Assembly: GCA_946548575.1 (NCBI GenBank) | Contig: CAMNPT010000002.1 | Location: forward strand, 1,165-65,164 | DNA from: an uncultured Clostridium sp. | GTDB lineage: Bacteria; Bacillota; Clostridia; TANB77; CAG-508 | Direction: 5' to 3' | Length of the DNA stretch: 64,000 nucleotides | Shown: in pieces, positions 17,060 to 27,976 of the stretch | How the letters are laid out: the number at the start of each line of letters is the position of its first letter | How positions within the stretch are numbered: the first letter of the stretch is position 1 | Program-made: the position numbers and the translations under genes | The notes under the pieces: model-generated | What the model was told of the DNA's origin: nothing | What the model saw: only the letters and a program-made list of their open reading frames with translations | Database searches by the model: none

Positions 17060-18916
17060 TTATGATATAGCATGGAAAGGACAAGATCTAATACAAGTAC
17101 CACATTTAATACATTTTTCTTGATTTATATGTCTTTTATCTCTTCCCTCTCCTTCAATTGCTCCAACTGGACAATTTCTTTGGCAAAGTCCACATCCTTT
17201 GCATAATTCTTCATTTATAGTTATTTTTGATATCGCTTTACATTCATTTGCTCTACATTTTTTATCTATTGCATGTTCTTTATATTCATCTCTAAAATAT
17301 TTTAATGTACTAAGTACAGGATTTGGTGCACTTTGCCCTAATCCACATACACTGGCATTTCTTATATCATTTGCTAATTGCTCTAGTTTATATATGTCTT
17401 GTTCTTCGCCTTTTCCTTCACATAGTTTTTCTAAAATTTCTAACATTCTTTTAGTTCCGATTCGACAAGGTGTACATTTTCCACAACTTTCATCAACGGT
17501 GAATTCTAAATAGAATTTTGATAATGCGACCATACATTTTGTATCGTCCATTACAATTAGTCCACCAGATCCCATCATTGAACCAATTTCTTTTAAAGAT
17601 TCATAATCTATTGGTGTATCTAAATGTTGTTTTGGTATACAACCTCCTGAAGGTCCTCCTGTTTGAGCTGCTTTAAAGTCTCTTCCATTTGGAATTCCTC
17701 CACCTATATCATAAACTATTTCTCTTAATGTTGTTCCCATAGGTACTTCTACTAATCCTATATTATTAACATTTCCTCCTAATGCAAATACTTTTGTTCC
17801 TTTTGAATTTTCTGTTCCTATTGATGAATACCAGTCTGCTCCATTTAATATTATTCTTGTTACATTTGCGTATGTTTCAACATTATTTATTAAAGTTGGT
17901 TTGCCCCATAAACCTGAATTTGCAGGGTAAGGTGGTTTTACTCTAGGTTGTCCTCTTTTTCCTTCTATTGATTCTAGTAGTGCTGTTTCTTCTCCACAAA
18001 CAAATGCTCCTGCACCTAGTCTTATTTCTATATCAAAACTATATCCGGTTCCTAAAATATTTTCACCAAGTAATCCATAGTTTCTGGCTTGTTCGATTGC
18101 GATTTTTAATCTTTCAACTGCAATTGGATATTCTGCTCTTACATATATAAATCCTTTATTTGCTCCTATTGAATATGCAGCTATAGTCATAGCTTCTAAT
18201 ATACTATGTGGGTCACCTTCTAATATGCTTCTATCCATAAAGGCTCCTGGATCTCCTTCATCTGCATTACAAACAACGTATTTTATATCTCCTTCAACGT
18301 TTTTTGTTAATTCCCATTTTTTGCCTGTAGGAAATCCTGCTCCACCTCTACCTCTTAGTCCAGATTTTGTAATTTCTTCTATTACTTGCTCTCTTGTCAT
18401 AGATGTTAATACTTTTTCAATAGCTTTATATCCATCAAAAGCTATATATTCATCTATGTTTTCAGGATTTATTAATCCACAATTTTTTAAAGCAATTCTT
18501 TTTTGTTTTTTATAGAAATTTAATTCATCTAATTTATTAACTAGAGTTCCATCAACATCTTTACAAAGTAATCTTTCAACTTTTTGCCCTTCGATTATAT
18601 GTTTTTGAATAATTTCTTCACAATCTTCTGGCTTGACCATTGCATAAAATGTATCTTCTGGTCTAATGATTACAATCGGACCTTTTGCACATAATCCAAA
18701 ACAACCAGTTTTTATCACTCTAACATTTTCTATTTTTTTCTCTTCAATAATTCTTTTAAAATTTTCTAATATTTTAGGTGATTTCGAAGAAGTACATCCT
18801 GTACCATGACAAACTAATATATGTTTTTCTCTTGTATCAGATTCAGTATTTACTCTTAAGTCTAATTCAGCTCTTTTTATTTTTCTAATTTCTTCAATTT
18901 CATCTATTGTTTTCAT
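17060..18916 (-). CDS. hydB: NADH-dependent hydrogenase subunit HydB (NuoF-like, FMN/NAD-binding)
   Basis: Motifs GRGGAGFPTGKKW and two C-terminal CxxCxxCxxxCP clusters. The start is placed at MKTIDEIEE (GGAGG RBS). The 30-codon extension in the ORF track reads through an intergenic repeat. Confidence 0.9.
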   Translation of the reverse strand: MKTIDEIEEIRKIKRAELDLRVNTESDTREKHILVCHGTGCTSSKSPKILENFKRIIEEKKIENVRVIKTGCFGLCAKGPIVIIRPEDTFYAMVKPEDCEEIIQKHIIEGQKVERLLCKDVDGTLVNKLDELNFYKKQKRIALKNCGLINPENIDEYIAFDGYKAIEKVLTSMTREQVIEEITKSGLRGRGGAGFPTGKKWELTKNVEGDIKYVVCNADEGDPGAFMDRSILEGDPHSILEAMTIAAYSIGANKGFIYVRAEYPIAVERLKIAIEQARNYGLLGENILGTGYSFDIEIRLGAGAFVCGEETALLESIEGKRGQPRVKPPYPANSGLWGKPTLINNVETYANVTRIILNGADWYSSIGTENSKGTKVFALGGNVNNIGLVEVPMGTTLREIVYDIGGGIPNGRDFKAAQTGGPSGGCIPKQHLDTPIDYESLKEIGSMMGSGGLIVMDDTKCMVALSKFYLEFTVDESCGKCTPCRIGTKRMLEILEKLCEGKGEEQDIYKLEQLANDIRNASVCGLGQSAPNPVLSTLKYFRDEYKEHAIDKKCRANECKAISKITINEELCKGCGLCQRNCPVGAIEGEGRDKRHINQEKCIKCGTCIRSCPFHAIS

Positions 18917-18971
18917 TTTATTTACCTCCATTTTTGTCCATTTTGTACCTGGGTTCTGACCCAAATGGACA

Positions 18972-19442
18972 TTAGTGTCCATCTGTACCTGTCCCCAAAA
19001 GGACATCTAGCACTTCATCTAATTTTTGAACAGTAGCTTTTCCATATACTTCACCATTTACGGTAAATACAGGTGCTAATCCACATGCACCAACACATCT
19101 CATAGGTTCAATTGTAAACATTCCATCTTCTGTTGTTTGTCCTTCCTCAATTTTTAATCTTTCTTTTAATCTATCCATGATTTTTTGAGAACCTTTAACA
19201 TAACATGCTGTTCCAAGACATACAGATATTTTATATTTTCCTTGTGGTTCTAATGAAAATCTTGAATAAAATGTAACTACTCCATATATTTCAGCCATTG
19301 GTATTTCAAGGTAATCTGATAACCCTTTTTGTGATTCTATAGGTATATAACCATAATGTTCTTGTACTTCATTTAGCATTTGTATTAAATTATCTTTTTC
19401 TGGTAAATATTTTTCTAATAGATTTTGCATAAACTCGTCCAT
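18972..19442 (-). CDS. hydC: hydrogenase subunit HydC (NuoE-like 2Fe-2S)
   Basis: 156-aa ORF with CLGTACYVKG...CVGACGLAP. The last ~10 codons run into the repeat at 18921-19000. Confidence 0.88.
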   Translation of the reverse strand: MDEFMQNLLEKYLPEKDNLIQMLNEVQEHYGYIPIESQKGLSDYLEIPMAEIYGVVTFYSRFSLEPQGKYKISVCLGTACYVKGSQKIMDRLKERLKIEEGQTTEDGMFTIEPMRCVGACGLAPVFTVNGEVYGKATVQKLDEVLDVLLGTGTDGH

Positions 19443-19604
19443 AATTTTTCCTCCGTTTTTTTATTTCAATTTCATTATAACATAACTTTTAAAAAAATAA
19501 ATAAAAAAATATAAATTTATTAAAATTTGATTTTTTTATAATAAAGTGTTATAATTATATTATGTAACTTAATGGTTCTGATTTAATTTAAAGGGAGGAT
19601 ACAC

Positions 19605-19784
19605 ATGTATCTTATGAATTGCACCTATGGAGATATGTTAAAGCATTTAATTAGTGAAGTTACAAGTAATAAGCAGCGGTTTTGGCTTCAAAAATGCTTT
19701 AACAAATTCGAATCCCACATTCGGCAATGCGAGGAAGATGAATTTCTCACTTTCGGAGAGTTTATCTCCATGTATTGTTGTTAA
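19605..19784 (+). CDS. 59-aa orphan protein (MYLMNCTYGDMLKHLISEVTSNKQRFWLQKCFNKFESHIRQCEEDEFLTFGEFISMYCC)
   Basis: Own reading, just below the ORF-track cutoff. It has a GGGAGG RBS, an upstream TTGATT-17-TATAAT promoter with TGn and a downstream hairpin terminator. G+C is higher than in the flanks. Two in-frame CGG codons lie at 19677 and 19722. Confidence 0.45.
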   Translation: MYLMNCTYGDMLKHLISEVTSNKQRFWLQKCFNKFESHIRQCEEDEFLTFGEFISMYCC

Positions 19785-19788
19785 AAGG

Positions 19789-19826
19789 AAGGCGGTGACA
19801 AAATTATGTCATCGCCTTTATATTTC
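19789..19826. terminator. bidirectional terminator between the orphan ORF and uvrB
   Basis: Hairpin AAGGCGGTGACA-AAATTA-TGTCATCGCCTT followed by a T-rich tract. Confidence 0.75.
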
Positions 19827-19829
19827 CTT

Positions 19830-21789
19830 TTAATTTATTAATTTTTCTAGTTCTTTTATTTTATCTCTTAATTCTGCTGCTTTTTCAAATTCCATTTTTG
19901 CTGCATATTCAAGCATTTCGTCTGTTAGTTTAATTATTGTAGTTTTTATATCTTCATCTTTTTCTAATTTATATTCTACACTTATATCTTCAACATTTGT
20001 CACTGAAATAGAATCTCTAACTGATTTACTAATTGTTTTAGGTGTTATTCCATGTTTTTCATTATACTCTGTCTGTATTTTTCTCCTTCTATTTGTTTCA
20101 GATATTGCTCTTTCCATACTTTCTGTAAGTTCATCTGCATACATTATAACTGTACCATCTGTGTTTCTTGCAGCTCTTCCTATTGTTTGTATTAAAGATC
20201 TTTCTGAACGTAAAAATCCTTCTTTGTCTGCATCAAGTATTGCTACCAATGAAACTTCAGGTATATCTAAACCTTCTCTTAATAAATTTATACCTACAAG
20301 TACATCAAACTTTCCAAGTCTCAAGTTTCTTATTATTTCCATTCTTTCTAAAGCTTTTGTATCTGAATGCATGTAATTTACTTTTATATCTAACCCTTTT
20401 AAATATGATGTTAAATCTTCTGCCATCTTTTTAGTTAATGTCGTCACTAATACTCTTTCTTTTCTTTCTACTCTTATTCTAATTTGTTCTAATAAATCAT
20501 CAATTTGATTTGTAACAGGTCTTACTTCGATTTTAGGGTCTAGTAATCCTGTTGGTCTAATAATTTGTTCTACAACATTTTCTTTGCTATGTTCTTTCTC
20601 ATATTCAGCTGGTGTTGCACTAACAAATACTACTTGATTTACTCTTTCTTCAAATTCTTTAAATGTAAGTGGTCTATTGTCAAATGCAGATGGTAATCTA
20701 AAACCATAATTTACTAAAGATTCTTTCCTTGCTCTATCTCCATTATACATTGCTCTAACTTGTGGTATTGTAGCATGTGATTCATCTATCAGTAATAAAA
20801 AGTCATCAGGAAAATAGTCAAATAATGTATATGGTGGACTTCCTGCTGGTCTTCCACTTATATGTCTTGAATAGTTTTCTATTCCTGAACAAAAGCCTGT
20901 TTCTTTCATCATTTCCATGTCAAAATTAGTTCTTTCTTCTATTCTTTGAGCTTCTATTAACTTATTTTGAGATTTAAAATATTTTACTCTCTCTTCCATC
21001 TCTTGTTCAATTGTAACTAACGCCTTTTCCATTTTGTCTTTAGTTGTTACATAATGTGATGCAGGTGAAATTAAAATATGTCTTCTTGTCCCTATTGGTT
21101 TCCCAGTTAACGCATTAATTTCTGTGATTTTTTCAATTTCATCTCCCCAAAACTCTACTCTTACTGCATTTTCTGATTCATTAGCTGGATATATTTCAAC
21201 TATATCTCCTTTTGCTCTAAATGTTCCTCTTTTAAAGTCTATTTCATTTCTCGAATATTGCATTGTAATTAACTTTTTTAAAACCGCTTCTCTTGATTTT
21301 TGCATACCTGGTCTTAAAGATAACATTAAACCTTGATAATCAACTGGATCTCCTAAACCATATATACAAGATACAGATGCAACTATAATTACATCTCTTG
21401 TTTCAAATAAAGATAATGTTGCAGAATGTCTTAATTTATCAATTTCATCATTTATTGATGCATCTTTTTCTATATATGTATCTGTTGAAGCTATATAACT
21501 TTCAGGTTGATAATAATCATAATAAGACACAAAATATTCAACATTATTTTCAGGGAAAAACTCTTTAAATTCTGAATATAGTTGTCCTGCCAATGTCTTA
21601 TTATGAGCTAAAACTAATGTAGGCTTTTGAACTTTATTGATAATATTTGCCATAGTAAAAGTTTTACCGTGAACCTGTTACACCTAGAAGAGTTTGATAT
21701 TTCTTGCCTTCTTCTATTCCTTTTGATAAATATTCAATTGCTTCTGGTTGATCTCCTGTTGGTTTATATTTTGATACTAATTTAAACAT
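19830..21789 (-). CDS. uvrB: excinuclease ABC subunit B, interrupted by one extra C in the Walker A motif (CGG at 21669-21667)
   Basis: A 40-codon N-terminal [24 protein letters not shown]...GVTGS ends R-stop. The minus strand reads GGT TCA C GGT AAA ACT TTT ACT ATG GCA. Omitting the C gives [15 protein letters not shown], contiguous with the 607-aa ORF, for 652 aa in total. Confidence 0.9.
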
Positions 21790-21844
21790 TTTTCCTCCCT
21801 TTTTTTGCTGAAGCTGTCAGGATTGGTGTGTGAATTTTATATAT

Positions 21845-23026
21845 TTAAAACCCAATAATTTTATTATACATTTCAATTGCATAATTATCTGTCATTCCTG
21901 AGATATAATAAATAATAGCTTTGTAATAATTTTTTTCATTATCTATATTAAATATAACATCATTTTTCATACATTCTTTTCTTTCTAAATTCCAGTAATT
22001 ACATAACCATTCTTCAAAATCATTAATTACTTCTGGATACATTTTTTTAATTTTTTCTTTATTTTGATATGTTTGTTTTAAAGTTTCGTAAATTGTATTT
22101 AATACAATTTTAAAATATTGTTTTGATGTTGTTAACTTTTCTGATAAATATATATTTTTATAATTGAATCTTTTAATTTCATTTAACATATCAAAAATAT
22201 TCTGAGAAAAACATAAGCCATTATCAGGATTTGAATTTTTGCACAAATCATAAATTAAATTATTTATAATTACTGTATTATTAATCACTTCTTCTGAATT
22301 ATCATTAAATAATTTTTTTAGCTCAACTAAATGCTCATCTAAAATTCCTAATGTTTTTGCATCTTCAATATCTCTACCTAAATACGATATTTTATCTGAT
22401 ATTTTTACAACACAACCCTCCCAAGTATATGGATTATATTCATTTGGATGATTATATATCGATAAATCAATACAATCCTCTCTTGGTCTTAAATTATTTT
22501 CATCTATTTCACCACAATGAGATATAATTCCATCTCTTACAGCATAAGTTAAATTTAGATTTTGCTTATTTCCTTTATTATCTTCTAAAAGTTCAATATA
22601 ATCTACCATATCTAATCCATTTTTTTCATGCCAAAATGTTTGTCCTATATCTCTTTTTGATATTTCAGAAAGAATCCTTTCACCTTCATGCCCAAATGGA
22701 CTATGTCCTATATCATGTGCAATTGCTATAGCTCTTGTAAGTTCTACATTTAATCCTAGGTATTTTGCTATTGTATAACTAATTGATTCTACATGCATAA
22801 CATGTTCAATTCTAGTACAAACATGATCATTTGCAGGTGAAAAAAATACTTGTGTTTTATGTTTTAATCTTCTAAAAGCTGTACTATGTAAAATTCTAGT
22901 ATAATCTCTTTCAAATTGTGATCTAATGTCATTATTTCTAGAATATAATTCTTTTTCTCTTTTTATCATTTCATTCCATTTCACATTATTCTCTGTAGCT
23001 GAATACTCTAAAAAATTATTTTTCAT
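21845..23026 (-). CDS. dGTP triphosphohydrolase-like HD-domain protein
   Basis: 393-aa ORF with FERDYTRILHSTAFRRLKHKTQVF and the HD motif HDIGHSPFGH. Confidence 0.85.
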   Translation of the reverse strand: MKNNFLEYSATENNVKWNEMIKREKELYSRNNDIRSQFERDYTRILHSTAFRRLKHKTQVFFSPANDHVCTRIEHVMHVESISYTIAKYLGLNVELTRAIAIAHDIGHSPFGHEGERILSEISKRDIGQTFWHEKNGLDMVDYIELLEDNKGNKQNLNLTYAVRDGIISHCGEIDENNLRPREDCIDLSIYNHPNEYNPYTWEGCVVKISDKISYLGRDIEDAKTLGILDEHLVELKKLFNDNSEEVINNTVIINNLIYDLCKNSNPDNGLCFSQNIFDMLNEIKRFNYKNIYLSEKLTTSKQYFKIVLNTIYETLKQTYQNKEKIKKMYPEVINDFEEWLCNYWNLERKECMKNDVIFNIDNEKNYYKAIIYYISGMTDNYAIEMYNKIIGF

Positions 23027-23052
23027 CGATTTCCTCCATTACTTATTATATT

Positions 23053-24906
23053 TTATTGCCATTCTGTCGTTGCTGGTGGTTTACTTGTTACATCATAAAT
23101 TATAAACTCGATTTTATCACCATAATTTTTTTCAATTTCTTTAACAATATTCTCTAATTGATTTTTTTCAACTTCTTTTCCAATTTCTCCTGGTCTACCA
23201 GTCATAAAATCATTTGTAACAAATGTCCTTATTGCAACTGAATATTTTTTATTAATTCCTATCGGTATTAATACTGCAAATGTTTGATTTACTTTTGCAG
23301 ACTCTAAATTACTTGTAACTATTTTATCTAGTTCTCTTAGTAATTCTACATTTTCATCATTAATTTTCATATCATAACAATTTATATTATCATTTATATT
23401 TGATTTATTTAAAATATAACCAACTCTATTTATAGTATGAATTGAATCTGTTATTTCTTTTGCCTTAGATGTTATATTTTTCCAATTAAACTCAAGATTA
23501 TTTCCTTCTATTAAACATAAATTTCTATAGCTTCTGCTATCACCTTGTACTCCAACAGATTTAATAGGAAGAATGAATCCATTTTCATTTACATTTCTCA
23601 ATATATCATTTAATTTATTTATATCTTCAGATGTTATTTTTGCTTCATCACTTTTATCATGACAGATTAATCTTATAGCAAGTCCTGGACCTGGAAACGG
23701 CTGCCTTGAAGCAATACTTTCTTCTAAACCTAATTTTCTTGCAACTTTTCTAACTTCATCTTTATGCCAATCACTGTTTGTTTCAACTATAAGACCTTTT
23801 TTTCTCGCTTCTCTAACTATTTCAACATCATTATGGTGTGTTTTTATTTTATGTGCAAAACCACTTATATCCGGATTTCCACTTTCTATTAAATCTGGTC
23901 TTAAAGTACCTTGTGCAATAAATGTATTTTCAGGATTTAAGCCTAATCTTTCTATAACATTATTAGCTATTCTTATAAATATTTCTCCTATAATTTGTCT
24001 TTTTATTTCAGGATCAACAGTATCTACCAATGGTCCTAATTTTTTTCCATTTACTTCTACAACAGTATTAAAAAAATAATCTTTTGCATTTTCTCTAATT
24101 AAGTTTTTTAATCCAAGTTCTTTTAAATTTTCACATATAATATCACTTTCATTTTTTCTCATAAATCCTGAATCTATATGTATTGCATAAATATTATCTG
24201 CTGGTAAAGCTTTTACAAGTAATGCTGCTGTTACAGCGGAATCTACTCCACCACTTACAAGTACAATAACTTTATTGTTTCCTACTTTTTCTTTAATCAT
24301 TTTTATAGATGTTTGAATTCTGTCGTCTAATGCATATACTTCCTTATATTCAGCAACTTTTCTTATGAAATTTTCGAACATTTTCATTCCGTTTTCTGTC
24401 AAATCAACTTCTGGATGAAACTGAAATCCATATATTTTTTTATCATCATTTCCAATTGCAGCGATAGCATTTCCAGACATTCCAATAATATCAAATCCTT
24501 TTGGTGTTTCATTTACAGTGTCTCCATGACTCATTAGAACCTGTTGATTTTCTGATAACCCTTCAAAAATTGGTGAATTAGTTTTTATAGTTATTTCACA
24601 TTGTCCATATTCTTTTTTTAAATTACTATCTACTTTTCCTCCAAAATAATCAGATATTAATTGCATTCCATAGCAAATTCCAAGTACAGGAATTCCTAAC
24701 TCAAATATTTTTTGATCAAATTTTAATCTTTGTGCTTCTCCTATATTATTTGGTCCTCCAGATAAAATAACTGATTTGTACCCTTTTAAATCTTCACTTT
24801 TTACATTTATAGGAAAAATATCAGACTTAACTCCCAATTCTCTAACTCTTCTATCTATTACCTTTGTATATTGACCTCCACAATCTAAAATAGCTAGTTT
24901 TTCCAT
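23053..24906 (-). CDS. guaA: GMP synthase (glutamine-hydrolysing), long eukaryote-like form
   Basis: 617-aa ORF with GATase motifs (LDCGGQYTKVIDRRVRELGV, GICYGMQL), the PP-loop SGGVDS and the C-terminus ..KPPATTEWQ. Confidence 0.9.
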   Translation of the reverse strand: MEKLAILDCGGQYTKVIDRRVRELGVKSDIFPINVKSEDLKGYKSVILSGGPNNIGEAQRLKFDQKIFELGIPVLGICYGMQLISDYFGGKVDSNLKKEYGQCEITIKTNSPIFEGLSENQQVLMSHGDTVNETPKGFDIIGMSGNAIAAIGNDDKKIYGFQFHPEVDLTENGMKMFENFIRKVAEYKEVYALDDRIQTSIKMIKEKVGNNKVIVLVSGGVDSAVTAALLVKALPADNIYAIHIDSGFMRKNESDIICENLKELGLKNLIRENAKDYFFNTVVEVNGKKLGPLVDTVDPEIKRQIIGEIFIRIANNVIERLGLNPENTFIAQGTLRPDLIESGNPDISGFAHKIKTHHNDVEIVREARKKGLIVETNSDWHKDEVRKVARKLGLEESIASRQPFPGPGLAIRLICHDKSDEAKITSEDINKLNDILRNVNENGFILPIKSVGVQGDSRSYRNLCLIEGNNLEFNWKNITSKAKEITDSIHTINRVGYILNKSNINDNINCYDMKINDENVELLRELDKIVTSNLESAKVNQTFAVLIPIGINKKYSVAIRTFVTNDFMTGRPGEIGKEVEKNQLENIVKEIEKNYGDKIEFIIYDVTSKPPATTEWQ

Positions 24907-25063
24907 ATATACCTCCTAAAATAACTATAATAAATTTATTATACTATAAATCATTTTTAGGGTCAATTAAATTTTTTTTAAATTTTACTGGACAGTTTCT
25001 ATTCTTTGTGTTATTATATAAAGGTAAACAAATGATTAAAATAATATTTATTGGAGGTAAAAA

Positions 25064-25492
25064 ATGTTAAAAACAACTATTTTTAAAATTATATTTATAA
25101 TAACAGTAATCACATTATTTATAGGATTTAATTATTGCTATGCAGTAGATTTAAATATATCTGATGATTTAACAAGTGATTTTTCTGATAATACAACAAA
25201 TGAGTCATCTAATGAAACTTCAGATGAATCAAACACTTCTAGTGAAGAAGAAAATGATGATGAAGCTTATGATGATAGTGATAGTGATAGTGATACTTAT
25301 TCTGATTCAAACACTAGTTATGATAATACTAGTGAAGAAACTAATACCACTAACACTAGTTCAACTACAGTTTCAAATTCTTTGCCAGAAAGTAATTTAG
25401 GTTTATCCAATATTGTTAATATTTTATTAATAGTTATAGGAATATTACTTATATTATTATCAATAGCAATTTTAATAAGATTAAAAAATTAA
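25064..25492 (+). CDS. acidic Ser/Thr/Asp/Glu-rich protein with N- and C-terminal hydrophobic segments
   Basis: 142-aa ORF with a GGAGG RBS, a signal/TM-like N-terminus and a C-terminal TM helix. Confidence 0.6.
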   Translation: MLKTTIFKIIFIITVITLFIGFNYCYAVDLNISDDLTSDFSDNTTNESSNETSDESNTSSEEENDDEAYDDSDSDSDTYSDSNTSYDNTSEETNTTNTSSTTVSNSLPESNLGLSNIVNILLIVIGILLILLSIAILIRLKN

Positions 25493-25502
25493 TTTTTAAA
25501 AA

Positions 25503-25540
25503 AAGGTTCGCTTCTCTATATCGAACCTTTTATTTTTTTT
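25503..25540 (+). terminator. rho-independent terminator
   Basis: AAGGTTCG-CTTCTCTATA-TCGAACCTT followed by a T-run. Confidence 0.8.
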
Positions 25541-25648
25541 GAATTTTTTGTATGTATAATTTATTTAAATTTAAAAATACTATAATTAGAATTTGTTTTT
25601 ATAATTATTTTAAAAACAGTTTTTAATTTTTAATAGGAGGATAATTTT

Positions 25649-26068
25649 ATGTACAAAAAATTATTAATAGGAACTATTATTCTTGTTGCGACAATATTTA
25701 CATTTTCAATTTGTTTTGGTGCAGATAATAATAATATGACTCAAGATATAAAAAATGCTGCTAACAATGTTACAAATGGAATAAGAAATACTGTGGGAAA
25801 TGCTGAAAATACTATTGAAGGTGCTACTAATAATGTTGCTGGAGCTACAAAAAATGCAACCAATATGAATAATAATACAAATAATAATACAGACTATAAT
25901 GCAACAAGAACAGCAACAGGTACAACCGGTAATAATGAAACATTTATGGGAATGACATCAACTGCATGGACTTGGTTAATTATGGGTATTGCCGCTATAG
26001 CAATTATTGCACTAGTATGGTATTATTCAACACAATTACGTTCCTCAGATTATGATGAAAAACATTAA
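25649..26068 (+). CDS. Asn/Thr-rich secreted or membrane-anchored protein
   Basis: 139-aa ORF with an AGGAGG RBS, an N-terminal signal-like segment and a C-terminal TM helix. Confidence 0.6.
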   Translation: MYKKLLIGTIILVATIFTFSICFGADNNNMTQDIKNAANNVTNGIRNTVGNAENTIEGATNNVAGATKNATNMNNNTNNNTDYNATRTATGTTGNNETFMGMTSTAWTWLIMGIAAIAIIALVWYYSTQLRSSDYDEKH

Positions 26069-26074
26069 AACTAA

Positions 26075-26118
26075 AACAATTCAGAGATAATCTAATTTAT
26101 TCTGAATTGTTTTTTATT
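26075..26118 (+). terminator. rho-independent terminator
   Basis: AACAATTCAGA...TCTGAATTGTT followed by TTTTTATTT. Confidence 0.75.
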
Positions 26119-26158
26119 TATATTTATGTTATAATAATCAAAGAAATGAGGTTTATTT

Positions 26159-26620
26159 ATGGAAAAGAAAATTATAGCTAAAAATCCTACTGCTTATCAT
26201 AATTATAATATTGAAAATAAAATAGAAGCTGGAATAGTTCTTTCTGGTACAGAAATTAAATCTATTAGAAATGGTAAAGTGAATTTAAAAGATTCATTTG
26301 CTATGTTAAAAAATAATGAAGTTTTTATTATTGGAATGCATATTAGTCCCTATGAACATGGAAATATTTATAATAAAGACCCTTTAAGAGATAGAAAAAT
26401 TTTATTAAATAAACATGAAATAGAAAAACTTTTTGTTTTAACAAAACAAAAAGGATATAGTTTAGTTCCAATAAGTTTATATTTTAAAGGTAGCTTTGTA
26501 AAAATAGAACTAGGTATTGGAAAAGGCAAAAAATTATATGACAAGCGTCAAGATATTGCCAAAAAAGATGCTCAAAAACAAATTGCAATTAATTTGAAAA
26601 ATAATTTGAGGACGAATTAA
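26159..26620 (+). CDS. smpB: SsrA-binding protein SmpB
   Basis: 153-aa ORF with the typical SmpB sequence ([27 protein letters not shown]..). Confidence 0.93.
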   Translation: MEKKIIAKNPTAYHNYNIENKIEAGIVLSGTEIKSIRNGKVNLKDSFAMLKNNEVFIIGMHISPYEHGNIYNKDPLRDRKILLNKHEIEKLFVLTKQKGYSLVPISLYFKGSFVKIELGIGKGKKLYDKRQDIAKKDAQKQIAINLKNNLRTN

Positions 26621-26631
26621 TCGTCCTCTTT

Positions 26632-27624
<993 letters not shown>

Positions 27625-27708
27625 TCAATATGTCAAGTCAAAAAAAATTTTGACAAAGAAGGACGGGTCATTTGATAAAAATGAACCCGCTCCTTCTTTG
27701 TAGATTTT

Positions 27709-27876
27709 TTAATTTTCATGATTTTCATAGCTTGCGCACATTGATTCATCAGGATTTTTTGTATCACATCCTTGCATTGGTGAAACATGAATTGCATCTA
27801 ATATACATTTATCATGTTCTGTATTATTGTATTTACAACTTGCAACTGTACAATTAATTTTTTGGTTTTTCTCCAT
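27709..27876 (-). CDS. DUF1540-domain small Cys-rich protein
   Basis: Own reading, below the ORF-track cutoff. A GGAGG RBS precedes MEKNQKINCTVASCKYNNTEHDKCILDAIHVSPMQGCDTKNPDESMCASYENHEN, which has the DUF1540 C-x4-C...C pattern. Confidence 0.65.
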   Translation of the reverse strand: MEKNQKINCTVASCKYNNTEHDKCILDAIHVSPMQGCDTKNPDESMCASYENHEN

Positions 27877-27976
27877 CTTAGAATACCTCCACTTTTAGTT
27901 CTAGAACAAAAAAAGTTCTATTTATATTATGTGGATTTTTTTTTATATTAATCAATTTTTATATAATAATTTTAAT

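Noticed and set aside
18917-19006. The 30-codon N-terminal extension of hydB in the ORF track (MSFWGQVQMDTNVHLGQNPGTKWTKMEVNK)
   Set aside because: It reads through the intergenic repeat and overlaps hydC. A GGAGG RBS sits directly before the internal Met (MKTIDEIEE).
24907-25063. Purine riboswitch upstream of guaA
   Set aside because: I read both strands of the leader and could not find the conserved purine-riboswitch core (the UAUAAU..GGAUAUGG..CUACC segments).
27903-27930. AGAAC-N7-GTTCT / GTTCTAGAAC palindrome as a LexA box upstream of the DUF1540 gene
   Set aside because: The spacing does not fit GAAC-N4-GTTC. A weak hairpin downstream of the peroxiredoxin gene is a more likely reading.
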